Shown here: piece by piece, positions 48,655 through 58,433 of the stretch
Layout: every line of letters starts with the position of its first letter
How positions within the stretch are numbered: the stretch's first letter is position 1
Assembly: GCA_045863395.1 (NCBI GenBank)
Contig: BTVJ01000026.1
Span: 31,288 to 95,287, forward strand
Length of the DNA: 64,000 nucleotides
DNA from: Myxococcales bacterium
Lineage (GTDB): Bacteria; Myxococcota_A; UBA9042; JABWCM01; BTVJ01
Direction of reading: 5' to 3'
Made by a program: the position numbers and the translations under genes
The notes under the pieces: model-generated
Seen by the model: only the letters and a program-made list of their open reading frames with translations
Told to the model about the DNA's origin: nothing
Database searches by the model: none

Positions 48655-49154
48655 CTCTCCTCCCTCGTGCGCGCCGCGCTCCTGGTCAGGGTCTCGATCA
48701 CCGAGGCCAGATGGATGATGGGGCGCTGGCAGCCACCGATGGTTGCCGTCCCCCCGATGGAGCCGTGCGCGGCGCTCGCCACGGCCGCCGCGGGGAGGCG
48801 CACCGACCCCTCCATGGCCTCGAAGCAGAAGGCCAGGGGGTGAGCTGCCTCGACGAGCACTGCCCAGGGGGCGTCGACGTTGAGGCCGTGCCCGAGGAGC
48901 GCCCCCAGGTCGTAGGCTGGGTAGAGGCGCCCCCTGCGTGCGGCGATGCCCCGCAGCTCCGGCACGGGGCTCGGGACGGGGACGACGGCCAGGTCCCGGG
49001 CGAGGCCGGCGATCTCCGTGAGGCGCAGCGCGTAGGGCTCGGAAGCCACGCGGATGGCCAGGAGGTCGCAGGTCGGCACGGCGTCCGCGGGGGGGGCGGC
49101 GAAGGCCCCATCGAAGGCCGCCCGCAGCGCTGCGGCCGAGCTCCAGAGGGTCAT
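48651..49154 (-). CDS. cheW: CheW-like coupling protein
   Basis: YALRLTEI and VPVP..LRGIA..RG...YDL; operon context. Confidence 0.8.
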   Translation of the reverse strand: MTLWSSAAALRAAFDGAFAAPPADAVPTCDLLAIRVASEPYALRLTEIAGLARDLAVVPVPSPVPELRGIAARRGRLYPAYDLGALLGHGLNVDAPWAVLVEAAHPLAFCFEAMEGSVRLPAAAVASAAHGSIGGTATIGGCQRPIIHLASVIETLTRSAARTREER

Positions 49155-50575
49155 GGGTCACCTCCGCTGGCGTCCAGCTCCGCGCGGCACAGCGTGATCA
49201 AGGCGGAGCGGGAGAAGCCTCCCCCGAACAGCGCGAGGCGCGTGTCGTCCTCGCTGGCCAGCAGGGACAGCGCTCGGGTGAGCTCGGCGCGGGCGACCCC
49301 CTTGTCACCTGCGCGACGCGCGAGGATCCCGAGGTGGAGCCGTGGGATGGCGAAGGTGGGATCCGCCTCGGCAGCCAGCCGATGGTGGTGCGCGGCTGCT
49401 CCCGCCTCGCCGGCCGCGTCGTGGCAGAGGGCGAGGAGGCACCGGGCGTTGACGTTGAGCGCGTCCTGCGCCAGCGCCACGGAGCAGGCGGCGCGGGCTC
49501 CGGCCAGGTCCCCCCGGTGGAGTCGGACGGCCGCGCGCACCAGCGCACCGTCCGGCGTCGCGCCCTCTGCCGGCGTCAGGCGCCCCAGCGCCTCGTCGTA
49601 GCGCTCCTGGCGGAGCAGCTCGGTTGCCGACTCCAGCGCCCCGGGCGTTGCGGGGGGCGGCTCGGGCGGCCTGGCGAGCGGCCGCCGCGCCTTGGCCGCC
49701 AGGGCGTCCACCCGATCCGCCGAGCTGCGGATCGTGGTGTGCCACTCGGTGGTGTGAACGTCGGGCCGGAGCCCGGGCTGCCGCTGGTAGTAGAACGTCT
49801 CGTGGGTGTGGTGCAGCCCGAACACCTCCGACAGGCCGCGGAGGCTCTCGGCGTGGCCCAGGAACAAGTAGCCCCCCGGCGCGACGCAGCGTTCCAGGTT
49901 CGATACCACCCCTCGCGTGGCGCGCGGACTGAAGTACATCAGCACATTGCGGCACAGCACGATGTCGTACGCCCCCGGGACCCACAGGTCCGGGTCCGGG
50001 TCCATCAGGTTGCGCGCCTCGAAGGTCACGGAGCTCCGAATGGTCGGGTCGAGCACCAGGTGGGTGCCTGCCCGGCGAAACCACCGCGCGATGATCTCCT
50101 GCGACGTCACCCGTAGGGACCACGGGGTGTAGCGACCCAGTGCGGCGCGCTCGAGCTGCTTGCGGTTGATGTCGACGGCGCGGATCGCGACGTCCCAACC
50201 GGGTGGCGTGTGGGCGCGGGCAAGCATCGCGAGGGTGTATGGCTCCTCGCCGGAGGCGCAGCCAAGCGAGAGCAGGCGCAGGGCGCGGATGTCCGAGCGG
50301 GCGCGCAGGCGGTCTGGGAGGGCTACCTCGACCAGGGCCGTGAGCTGCCCCGCGTCGCGGAAGAAGTAGGTCTCCCCGACGGTGATGTCCGCCGCCAGGG
50401 CTTGGAGCTCCCGAGCGTCGCCGGACGCCCCGAGCAGCGCCAGCCAGCCCTCGGTGTCGAGGCCCGTCGCGCGGAGGCGCCGGTGGACCGCGTCGCGGAG
50501 CGCGTCCGTGGCCTCCACCTGGAGGCCCAGCCGCTGCTCCACTGCCGCGCACACGGCTGCGAGGTCGACGCTCAT
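49151..50575 (-). CDS. cheR: CheR methyltransferase with a TPR C-terminus (WspC/FrzF-like)
   Basis: TVGETYFFRD, GCASGEEPYTL, CRNVLMYF and GYLFLGHAE motifs; TPR-like tail. Confidence 0.93.
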   Translation of the reverse strand: MSVDLAAVCAAVEQRLGLQVEATDALRDAVHRRLRATGLDTEGWLALLGASGDARELQALAADITVGETYFFRDAGQLTALVEVALPDRLRARSDIRALRLLSLGCASGEEPYTLAMLARAHTPPGWDVAIRAVDINRKQLERAALGRYTPWSLRVTSQEIIARWFRRAGTHLVLDPTIRSSVTFEARNLMDPDPDLWVPGAYDIVLCRNVLMYFSPRATRGVVSNLERCVAPGGYLFLGHAESLRGLSEVFGLHHTHETFYYQRQPGLRPDVHTTEWHTTIRSSADRVDALAAKARRPLARPPEPPPATPGALESATELLRQERYDEALGRLTPAEGATPDGALVRAAVRLHRGDLAGARAACSVALAQDALNVNARCLLALCHDAAGEAGAAAHHHRLAAEADPTFAIPRLHLGILARRAGDKGVARAELTRALSLLASEDDTRLALFGGGFSRSALITLCRAELDASGGDP

Positions 50576-51042
50576 GGTGCCCCGCTCCGTGCCGCGTCCA
50601 GCACGTCCCAGACCGCGGCGGGGACGGCCCGCGCAGGCTGAAGGACCAGGAGCAGGTCCGCGTCGAGGGCGCCGAGCGCCGTGATGGCGCCGGGACCGAG
50701 CGGGGCGAGCAGGGGCGGCAGGGTGCGGAGGGTCTGGGGGGCGAGGAGTACGAGGCCGCGGACCTCCTCGAAGGCGAGGGCGACCACACGGGGCGGGCGC
50801 CCGACGGTCACGAGGCGCGTCGGCGCCGGTGGGCCGTCACTCCCGATGAGGCCACCCACGTCTACGACGGGCGTCGAGTCTCCACGGATCAGGGCCACGC
50901 CCGTGACGAAGGGCGGCTGCCCCAGGAGCGGCGTCGTCATGGGCGGGCGCATGGTCTCCAGCACCCCCTCCAGAGGCAGGGCGCACCAAGTCTGTCGCGC
51001 GCGACAGAGGACCATCGTCTCGTCCGACGTGACGGACATCAT
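50572..51042 (-). CDS. cheW: CheW-like coupling protein
   Basis: ALPLEGVLETMRP and PPFVTGVALIRG..PVVD. Confidence 0.82.
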   Translation of the reverse strand: MMSVTSDETMVLCRARQTWCALPLEGVLETMRPPMTTPLLGQPPFVTGVALIRGDSTPVVDVGGLIGSDGPPAPTRLVTVGRPPRVVALAFEEVRGLVLLAPQTLRTLPPLLAPLGPGAITALGALDADLLLVLQPARAVPAAVWDVLDAARSGAP

Positions 51043-51369
51043 GCCCCGCTCGTCGTCATCGGCGCTCGCAGTGGCGAGCGCCGCGGGTGCTCTGGTCGCA
51101 CCTGGCCGTCATGGTCCTGCTGGACCATGCGGACGATACCGCGGTGCCCTGGAGCTCGACGCACGCCTCTTCTCCCGCACCTACGCGGTTGGGTTGCATG
51201 AACCCCGCGACAGAGTCGCGGCAACCACACCAGCTCCGTCTGCCTTTCTGCCAGGAGGGGGCGGGTGTGCGGACCCAATCATAGGGCGTGCGCGCGATCA
51301 TGCCAACTGCTTGCGTGAAATCTCTCCAGGGAGGGAGTCCGGCGGCCCTTGGCGGAAGGGGAGGCTGCG

Positions 51370-52440
51370 CTACCGAGATCCGAGCCAGCGCCTGCGGGCT
51401 CTTACCGCGTCGGCAACCTCCCGGAGCACCATCGCCGTCGTCTCCCACCCCATGCACTCGTCGGTGACGCTCTGGCCGCGGACCATCGAGCCCGATGGGC
51501 CGAGCTCCTGGCGCCCCTCCACCAGGAAGCTCTCCAGCATCACGCCGAAGATTCCGCGCTGCCCGGCCGCCACCTGGGCGGCGATCTCCGCGGCGACCGC
51601 CGCCTGCTGCTCATGGCGCTTGCGGCTGTTGCCGTGGCTGGCGTCGATCATCAGCGGGATGGCGAGACCCGCTGCGCGCTGCGCGTCCAGGGCCGCGGCC
51701 ACGCTCGCGGGCCCGTGATTCGGCCCCGTGGCGCCACCTCGCAGGATCACGTGGCAGTGCGGGTTCCCGCGGGTCGCGACGATGCCGGCGAGCCCCTGCT
51801 CCGTCACCCCGAGGAACCAGTGGCGGTGGGCGGCCGACCGCACGGCGTCGATGGCGATCTGCACGTCCCCGCTCGTGCCGTTCTTGAACCCGACGGGCAT
51901 GGAGAGCCCCGAGGCAAGCTCCCGGTGCACCGGGCTCTCCGTCGTGCGGGCGCCGATGGCTGCCCAGGAGACCAGATCGGACGTGAACTGCGGCGAGATG
52001 GGGTCCAGGAACTCACAGCCCACCGGGAGGCCCAGGGCGGCGATGTCCAGCAACAGGCGACGCGCGAGGCGGAGCCCGTGATTGATCGCGAAGCTGCCGT
52101 CGAGGTGGGGGTCGTTGATCAGCCCCTTCCAGCCGATGGTGGTGCGTGGCTTCTCGAAGTAGACCCGCATGACGATGCACAGGTCGTCCCGCAGGTCGGC
52201 GGCGATGGTGGCGAGCCGCTCGGCATACTCCAGCGCGGCGCCCGTGTCGTGGACGCTGCAGGGCCCGACGACGACGACCAGGCGGTCATCCTCGCCGAGG
52301 AGTGCACGGGTGACCTCGTCCCGCCCCCGCCCCACCGCGGCGGCGGCCTCCTCCCCGATGGGAAGCTCCTCCAACAGGATGGCAGGCGGTAGCAGGGGCC
52401 GGATGGTCTCGACGCGCAGGTCCTTGGTGAGCCTCTTCAT
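51370..52440 (-). CDS. aroG: DAHP synthase class I-alpha (AroG/F/H type)
   Basis: GPCSVHD, MRVYFEKPRTTIGWKGLINDP, IGARTTES, GFKNGT, DASHGNS and GQSVTDEC motifs. Confidence 0.95.
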   Translation of the reverse strand: MKRLTKDLRVETIRPLLPPAILLEELPIGEEAAAAVGRGRDEVTRALLGEDDRLVVVVGPCSVHDTGAALEYAERLATIAADLRDDLCIVMRVYFEKPRTTIGWKGLINDPHLDGSFAINHGLRLARRLLLDIAALGLPVGCEFLDPISPQFTSDLVSWAAIGARTTESPVHRELASGLSMPVGFKNGTSGDVQIAIDAVRSAAHRHWFLGVTEQGLAGIVATRGNPHCHVILRGGATGPNHGPASVAAALDAQRAAGLAIPLMIDASHGNSRKRHEQQAAVAAEIAAQVAAGQRGIFGVMLESFLVEGRQELGPSGSMVRGQSVTDECMGWETTAMVLREVADAVRARRRWLGSR

Positions 52441-52447
52441 GGTGCTG

Positions 52448-52476
52448 ACGGTAGCCCGCGCGGCGCGGCGCGTCAA
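52448..52476 (-). promoter_or_regulatory. Sigma70-like promoter, probably producing a leaderless aroG mRNA
   Basis: Minus strand TTGACG, 17 bp spacer, TACCGT, then 7 nt to ATG; no RBS visible. Confidence 0.45.
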
Positions 52477-52598
52477 AGGGCGGGGTCGGTCGCGACGGCG
52501 ACGAGGTGCACATTGGCAGCCCGAGGGACCGCGGTGACCGGGAGACGCCCGCCGAACGTCACGAGGCAGTCGCCATGGGTTGCCGCGTGCCCCAAGCG

Positions 52599-53960
52599 CT
52601 ACCGCCGCCGGTACCGCACGAGACACGGCGCCTTGGGCCCGACGACCCAGCTCGCGTAGTCCGCCTGCGGCTCCTTGGTGACCAGCTCGAAGTCGTACTC
52701 CCGCAGGAGCACGCTCCAGATGGCCTTGATCTGGAGATAGGCGAAGTGGAGACCGACGCACCGGTGCTTTCCGCCTCCGAAGGCGATCAGGGTGTAGGCG
52801 TGCTTCTTGCTCTCCTCCCGGGGGGGGGCGAAGCGCTCGGGGTCGAAAGACTCGGGGCTGCGGAATACCCGCCAGAGGTGGTGGGACAGCGCCGGGGAGA
52901 CCATCGCCAGGGTGCCCGCCGGGAGCAGGTAGCCGCCTATCTCCATGTCTTTGAGCACCTTCCGCACCAACATGATCAGCGGCGGGTGCATGCGCTCGGT
53001 CTCGTTGATCGCCCGCTCCAGCGTCGTGCTCTGCTTGAGCCGGTCGAAGGTGATCTCCTGGCCCTCGCCGTACAGGCGCTCCAGCTCCGCGAGGATCGGC
53101 GGCAGGACGTGGCGGTGGCGCATCAGCTCGATGCCCACCCAGGTGGCGAGCACGGCGCTGGTGTGCTGGCCCGCGAAGAGCGCAGTCACCAGGAGACCCA
53201 CGATCTCGTGGTCCGTCAGGGCCTTCCCGTCCTTGTAGCGGGACTCGAGCAGCGTCTGCATGAAGTCCTCCTCGCGCCGGCCGCTCCGGCGGCGGTCGGC
53301 CAGGACCTTCTCGAGCAGCTTGACGATCTCGCGTCGGGCGCGGTCGCGGCGCAGGTTGGACGGCACCGGGGCGTGGGGCGCGAAGAAGCCGATGGCGTTG
53401 ATGCCCGCCTGGAGGTCGTGGTAGGCGGCGGCAAACTCGGCGGAGGCCGTGTGGCGGATCTCCTCGGCGACCAGGGTGCGGCTCGCGATGTAAGTGGTCA
53501 GCTCGTTCAGGCTGACGTGGAGGTCGAGCTGGCCCTCGGCGCCCCACCGGGCGATGTACTGCCGGGTCTCGGCCTCCATCTTCTCGATGTACGTGCGCAG
53601 CCGGTCTTCGCGGAGCGCCGGGTACAGGAAGCCGAGCTGCTCGTCCATGATCTGGGGCTCCGCGTCGTAGGCGATGCCCTTGCCGAAGATAGGCACGGTG
53701 AACTTGTAGACCTCCTTGGCGGAGAGCTGGGTCTCCGGAGCCCGGAAGTACGCATCGTGGTTCTCGGGGCCCGCGAGGACCGTGAACTCCTGGCCCACGA
53801 TGCGGAAGCGGTACACGTCGCCCAGGGACTGCTGGGCCCGCCGGAGCAGCGCCACCGGGTTGCGCACGAACTCGACGGTGTGCCCGATGACCGGCAGGCC
53901 CGGAAAGACCGGGGGCAGAGGGGCGGACGTGATCGGTGGGGCGTGGGTGGTTGCGACCAT
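52599..53960 (-). CDS. cyp51: Cytochrome P450 CYP51 (sterol 14-alpha-demethylase)
   Basis: VYKFTVPIFGKGIAYD, I-helix FAGQHTS, ETERMHPP and heme motif FGGGKHRCVG. Confidence 0.92.
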   Translation of the reverse strand: MVATTHAPPITSAPLPPVFPGLPVIGHTVEFVRNPVALLRRAQQSLGDVYRFRIVGQEFTVLAGPENHDAYFRAPETQLSAKEVYKFTVPIFGKGIAYDAEPQIMDEQLGFLYPALREDRLRTYIEKMEAETRQYIARWGAEGQLDLHVSLNELTTYIASRTLVAEEIRHTASAEFAAAYHDLQAGINAIGFFAPHAPVPSNLRRDRARREIVKLLEKVLADRRRSGRREEDFMQTLLESRYKDGKALTDHEIVGLLVTALFAGQHTSAVLATWVGIELMRHRHVLPPILAELERLYGEGQEITFDRLKQSTTLERAINETERMHPPLIMLVRKVLKDMEIGGYLLPAGTLAMVSPALSHHLWRVFRSPESFDPERFAPPREESKKHAYTLIAFGGGKHRCVGLHFAYLQIKAIWSVLLREYDFELVTKEPQADYASWVVGPKAPCLVRYRRR

Positions 53961-53996
53961 GGGTGTCTCCTCGGGGCGGCGCCCCGCAACGGGATC

Positions 53997-55097
53997 TCAG
54001 TAGACGAACGGGAACATGCGGAAGCGGGCGCGGCGGCGGTACTCCTCCCAGAGCGGGCCGTACTTGGCGGCGCACCGCTCCTCGTCGCGCCAGGCGCGGT
54101 GGATCAACAGCCCGAGCAGCCACCCGGGCAGCAGGTAGGGGACGAAGGACTGGAAGCCGGTGAGCAGGGTCCACGAGAAGTAGACCATCAACTCACCCGA
54201 GTAGTTGAGCTTGCGGCCGATGCCCCAGAAGCCGCTGACCAGGATGCGCCCCCCGAGGGTCTCCGGCGTGCGGCCCCAGATGGGGGCGCTCGGGTCGCGC
54301 TTGAAGCGGTCCTTCTGCTCGTTGGCGCCCCGGAAGATCCACATCCCGATGGCATAGGTGAGCGGGAGGACCGCTGCGGCCCAGGGGGCGATGGCGTGGG
54401 CGGGATCGAGCAGGAACCACCCGGAGATGCAGTAGAAGAAGGGCACGAGCACGTAGTCGCCCCAGACCAGCATCCAGCCGAAGTTCTCTGCGATGACGTC
54501 CCAGGTGTGGAGCATGCCGTACTCGAACTGGAAGTAGTTGAACACGTAGGCGAAGGTCATCCCCTGGTAGAGGAGCATCGGCGTCGTGAGCGTGCCGGTC
54601 TGCTCCCACTGCACCACGGCGAAGCTGGCGTTGAGCACCGCGAGGCCGATGAGGGACGGGCGGTAGGCGAACATCTTGAGGTCGAGGCCCGCCCCTCGCG
54701 GGTTCAACTCCAGGCCGAAGAAGGCGTCCTTGATGAAGCCCGCGAGGCCCGGTCGGCGCGGCGCCCCTGCCCGGGCGCCCTTCACCCAGAGGGCGAAGGT
54801 CATGGTGAAGGCGAGCACGTTGGCCATGACCAGCAGCGGCAGGAAGTGGGCGTGGACGGTGGCGAGGGAGAAGACACCCGTCACCTGGAGCGCTCCCAGG
54901 GCGAGCGCCGTCGCCAGGAAGAGGCTGAGGCCGTTCAGCGTGTAGGTGATCTGCGTGCTGTCCGCGAGCACGGCGCCCTTCATGCGGCGGCCGGGGAGCA
55001 CGCGGGAGCCGAGGCCGAGGGCGGCGAGGAAGACCGCGAGCATCAGCGCCGCTGTCGCGAGACCCTCCGGCGTCATGGTGCGCATGGCTTCCTGCAC
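53997..55097 (-). CDS. ERG24/ERG4/DHCR7-family sterol reductase (probably Delta-14)
   Basis: FFGLELNPR, ENFGWMLVWGD, GANEQKDRF, SGFWGIGRKLNYSGE and HRAWRDEERCAAKYG..W motifs; GTG start after GAAGGAGG inferred. Confidence 0.9.
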   Translation of the reverse strand: MQEAMRTMTPEGLATAALMLAVFLAALGLGSRVLPGRRMKGAVLADSTQITYTLNGLSLFLATALALGALQVTGVFSLATVHAHFLPLLVMANVLAFTMTFALWVKGARAGAPRRPGLAGFIKDAFFGLELNPRGAGLDLKMFAYRPSLIGLAVLNASFAVVQWEQTGTLTTPMLLYQGMTFAYVFNYFQFEYGMLHTWDVIAENFGWMLVWGDYVLVPFFYCISGWFLLDPAHAIAPWAAAVLPLTYAIGMWIFRGANEQKDRFKRDPSAPIWGRTPETLGGRILVSGFWGIGRKLNYSGELMVYFSWTLLTGFQSFVPYLLPGWLLGLLIHRAWRDEERCAAKYGPLWEEYRRRARFRMFPFVY

Positions 55098-55192
55098 GGC
55101 TCCTCCTTCGACTTCGAGTCGGGAATGGCGCGCACCATAGACCAACCTCCCCGCCCGGATCAACGGGTTCTCGACTTTGGGTCTGGTTTCTG

Positions 55193-55222
55193 TTGACGGC
55201 GCTCGCGCGGGGAGGGTATACC
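55193..55222 (+). promoter_or_regulatory. Possible sigma70-like promoter for osc-sdmB-sdmA
   Basis: TTGACG, 18 bp spacer, TATACC in the divergent intergenic region. Confidence 0.35.
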
Positions 55223-55260
55223 CGACGCCCGACTCCGGGTCGGTTCTGGAACAGCATCCA

Positions 55261-57270
55261 ATGGGGACGCGCATGGGCTCTGCAGCCAGGTCCTTGGTGG
55301 CCATCGACGCGCAGGCGAGGGAGGTCACCCGGGCCTTGGACCGGGCGGTCGCACATCTCCTGCGCGTGCAGGGGCCGAGCGGCGCGTGGGCCGGAGAGGT
55401 GGTGTGGAGCTCCATGCTCACGTCCCAGGTGGTGCTGGCGAGCCACGCCGTCGGGCGCCCCCTGGGCGACGAGGACCGGGACGCCATCCTGCGCACCCTG
55501 AGCGCGGCGCAGCTCCCCGACGGCAGCTTCCCGCTTCACCCGGAGTCGCAGGGCGCGGTGTTCACGACGGCCCTCGCCTACGCCGCCATGCGCCTGCTGG
55601 GCGTCGCCGCCGGTGATCCGCGGGCGCGTGGCGCGCTGGCGGCCCTCGATGCCCGCGGCGGCGTGCTCGGCATCCCCTCCTGGGGCAAGGTCTGGCTCGC
55701 GCTGGTCGGCCTCTACGGCTGGGAGGGGGTCAACCCGGTGCTCCCCGAGCTGTGGCTGCTGCCCGACGCCGCGCCCATGCACCCGCGCCGGTACTACTGC
55801 CACACGCGGCTCATCTACATGCCCATGGGCGTGCTGAGCGCGCTGCGGTACGTGGCGCCCGAGACGGCACCCATCCGCGCCATCCGCGACGAGCTCTACG
55901 GGGCAGGGGGATTCGAGCGGGTGGACTTCCGGCGCCATCGCGATCACCTGGCAGACTCCGACGTGTACGTGCGGCCCACATTGCCGCTCCGCGCCCTCTA
56001 CCGCGCCTCCTCGGTCGTGGAGACCGTGGCCCCCCGGCGGCTGCGCATGCGGGCCGTGCGGCGGTGCATCGCGCTGATCCGCGGCGAGCTGCACGCGAGC
56101 CGCTTCGCGTGCATCAGCCCGGTGAGCGGGCTGCTCAACGTGGTCGCGCTCCACGCCCACGACCCCCGCGACCCGGATCTGGACGCCGCGTGGCGGGGCA
56201 TCGAGGCGTGGCGCTGGCAGGACGACGACGGCGCCCGGTGGGTGGGCGCCCGCAGCGACACCTGGGACACCTCCTTCGCGCTCCAGGCCCTGGCGACGCG
56301 CCCGGGACCCGTGCCCGAGCTGCCCATGCGCCTCGGCGCCGACTTCCTGTTCGCCCACCAGGTGCTGGAGGAGCTGGCTGACCCCGCGTCCCTCTACCGC
56401 GACCCGCGCCGCGGGGGCTTCTGCTTCAGCGACTCCTGGCACCGGTGGCCCGTCAGCGACACGACGGCCGAGGCCGTGCTGGCCCTGCTCGCCCTGGAGC
56501 GCCGGGGGCTGCTTCGGGTAGCCGACGAGCGCCTCGCCCTGGCCGCGGAGTTCATCGCGCAGCGCCAGAACGCGGACGGTGGCTTCGGCTCCTACGAGCG
56601 GCGCCGGGGAGGCCCGCTCCTCGAGTCCCTCAACCCGAGCGAGATGTTCGGCGCTTGCATGACCGAGGCCTCCTACGTGGAGTGCACCGCGTCCTGCGTC
56701 GAGGCCTTGGCTGCCCTGGCGCGGCGTCTCCCCACGTTGGCAGCGCGGCTCAGGGGGGCCATTGCACGCGGGCGGGACAGCATCCTCGCGCAGCAGCGCC
56801 CGGACGGCTCGTGGCCCGCGGTGTGGGCTGTGGGCACGACCTACGGGACGCTCTTCGCGCTGCGGGGGCTCCTCCATGGCGGCTGCGGCGCATCTCACCC
56901 TGCCGTGCGGCGCGCGGTGGCCTGGCTCCAGCAAATCCAGAAGGCGGACGGCTCCTGGGGCGAGCACTGGTCCGGCGCCGCGTCCCAGCGGTACGTGGAG
57001 CACCCGGAGGGGCAGGTCGCGCAGACCGCGTGGGCGGTGATGGCGCTGGTGCTTGCGCGCGAGCCGGGACAGCCTGTCTCTCGCGCCGCCCTTCGGGGAG
57101 CCCGCTTCCTGGCGCAGCGCCAGGCGAGCGACGGCTCGTGGCCCCACCAGATGGCGAGCGGCGTCTTCTTTCACACGGCGGTGCTCGACTACCGCCTCTA
57201 CAAGGATCTCTTCCCCACCTGGGCCCTCGCCATGGTCGAGGCTGCCCGGGACACCAAGGAGCACCCATGA
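55261..57270 (+). CDS. osc: Oxidosqualene cyclase (sterol cyclase) with a variant SDTTAE motif
   Basis: IPSWGKVWL, PELWLLP, YCHTRLIYMPM, WPVSDTTAE, LNPSEMFG and YVECT; several QxxDGSW repeats; lacks the DxDD motif of squalene-hopene cyclase. Confidence 0.88.
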   Translation: MGTRMGSAARSLVAIDAQAREVTRALDRAVAHLLRVQGPSGAWAGEVVWSSMLTSQVVLASHAVGRPLGDEDRDAILRTLSAAQLPDGSFPLHPESQGAVFTTALAYAAMRLLGVAAGDPRARGALAALDARGGVLGIPSWGKVWLALVGLYGWEGVNPVLPELWLLPDAAPMHPRRYYCHTRLIYMPMGVLSALRYVAPETAPIRAIRDELYGAGGFERVDFRRHRDHLADSDVYVRPTLPLRALYRASSVVETVAPRRLRMRAVRRCIALIRGELHASRFACISPVSGLLNVVALHAHDPRDPDLDAAWRGIEAWRWQDDDGARWVGARSDTWDTSFALQALATRPGPVPELPMRLGADFLFAHQVLEELADPASLYRDPRRGGFCFSDSWHRWPVSDTTAEAVLALLALERRGLLRVADERLALAAEFIAQRQNADGGFGSYERRRGGPLLESLNPSEMFGACMTEASYVECTASCVEALAALARRLPTLAARLRGAIARGRDSILAQQRPDGSWPAVWAVGTTYGTLFALRGLLHGGCGASHPAVRRAVAWLQQIQKADGSWGEHWSGAASQRYVEHPEGQVAQTAWAVMALVLAREPGQPVSRAALRGARFLAQRQASDGSWPHQMASGVFFHTAVLDYRLYKDLFPTWALAMVEAARDTKEHP

Positions 57271-58373
57271 CCGTCACCCCCCTTCACGGAGCCGCCCCGC
57301 GCAAGGGCCTCGTCCTCGTCACCGGCGGGGCCGGGCACCTGGGCGCCAACCTGGTGCGGCGCCTGCTCGACGATGGCCACGCCGTGCGATGCCTTCAGCG
57401 GCCCGGCAGCAACAACGCCGCGCTGGACGGCCTGGACGTCGAGCGCGTCGACGGCGACCTGCGCGACCCCGCCAGCCTTCGGCGGGCAGTCGCCGGCTGC
57501 GCTCGGGTGTTCCACGCGGCCGCAAAGGTCTCGACCATCGACGGGGACCACCACCACAAGCGCGAGATCTTCGACTCCAACGTGCTCGGCACGCGCCACA
57601 TGCTCGCGGCGGCCCTGGAGGAGGGCGTCTCCCGCGTGGTGGTCACCGGCAGCTTCAGCGCGGTGGGCCACCACCTGGACGATCCGTCGCGCCCCGCCGA
57701 CGAGACGGTGCCCTTCTACCCCTTCGAGCGGTCGATGCCCTACGAGGTCTCCAAGGTGGGCGTGGAGCACGAGGTGCTGCGCGCCGTCGCCCGGGGGCAG
57801 GACGCGGTGGTCGCGACCTCCTGCGCGATCATCGGGCCCAACGACTTCAAGCCCTCCCGCATGGGCCGCACGCTCTGCGACTACACGCGGGGCCGCGTGC
57901 GCGCCTACATCCCCGGCGGTTTCGAGTTCGTGACGTCGCGGGACATCGTCGAGGGGCACGTCCTCGCCATGGAGAAGGGGCGCCGCGGCGAGAAGTACGT
58001 GTTCAGCACCCAGTTCATGACCCTGGACGACGTGCTCGACACCTTCCAGCGCGTGACCGGCGCGCCCAAGCCACGCCTTCGGCTGCCCGTGGCGCTGATG
58101 GAGCCCATCGCGGAGGTGATGAGCGCCATCCTGACGCGCTTCTTCCCCGACGTCCCCCAGCGCCTCACCCCCGGCGCGATGCGCATCCTGCGCATGAACC
58201 GGCACGCAGACACCACGAAGGCTCGCACGGAGCTTGGATTCAAGCCAACGTCCTTCGAGGACGCGGTCCGCGAGCAGTATGAGTTCTTTTGCGGCCTCGG
58301 GTGGGCAGAGCGCAGGGTGGCTGTCTCCATGGCGGGAGATTCTCCCGCGCAGAAGGTCCGCCGCGCCGGCTGA
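57267..58373 (+). CDS. sdmB: NAD(P)-dependent extended SDR, SdmB-like sterol C-4 decarboxylase/3-beta-HSD
   Basis: VTGGAGHLG Rossmann motif, HAAA, YEVSK catalytic motif; overlaps the osc stop and precedes a Rieske gene. Confidence 0.72.
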   Translation: MTVTPLHGAAPRKGLVLVTGGAGHLGANLVRRLLDDGHAVRCLQRPGSNNAALDGLDVERVDGDLRDPASLRRAVAGCARVFHAAAKVSTIDGDHHHKREIFDSNVLGTRHMLAAALEEGVSRVVVTGSFSAVGHHLDDPSRPADETVPFYPFERSMPYEVSKVGVEHEVLRAVARGQDAVVATSCAIIGPNDFKPSRMGRTLCDYTRGRVRAYIPGGFEFVTSRDIVEGHVLAMEKGRRGEKYVFSTQFMTLDDVLDTFQRVTGAPKPRLRLPVALMEPIAEVMSAILTRFFPDVPQRLTPGAMRILRMNRHADTTKARTELGFKPTSFEDAVREQYEFFCGLGWAERRVAVSMAGDSPAQKVRRAG

Positions 58374-58433
58374 AGTTCTGGGTCTCAAACTCCCCGCTCC
58401 GGACGGGATCAACGACACGACGAGGTGACTCAC

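Noticed and set aside
51370..54174. 934-aa ORF suggesting a long N-terminal fusion to DAHP synthase
   Set aside because: The upstream part is an off-frame shadow of cyp51; the real protein starts at MKRLTK (52440).
55261..57270. Squalene-hopene cyclase / hopanoid cluster
   Set aside because: No DxDD motif; OSC-type motifs and CYP51/sterol reductase neighbours point to sterols.
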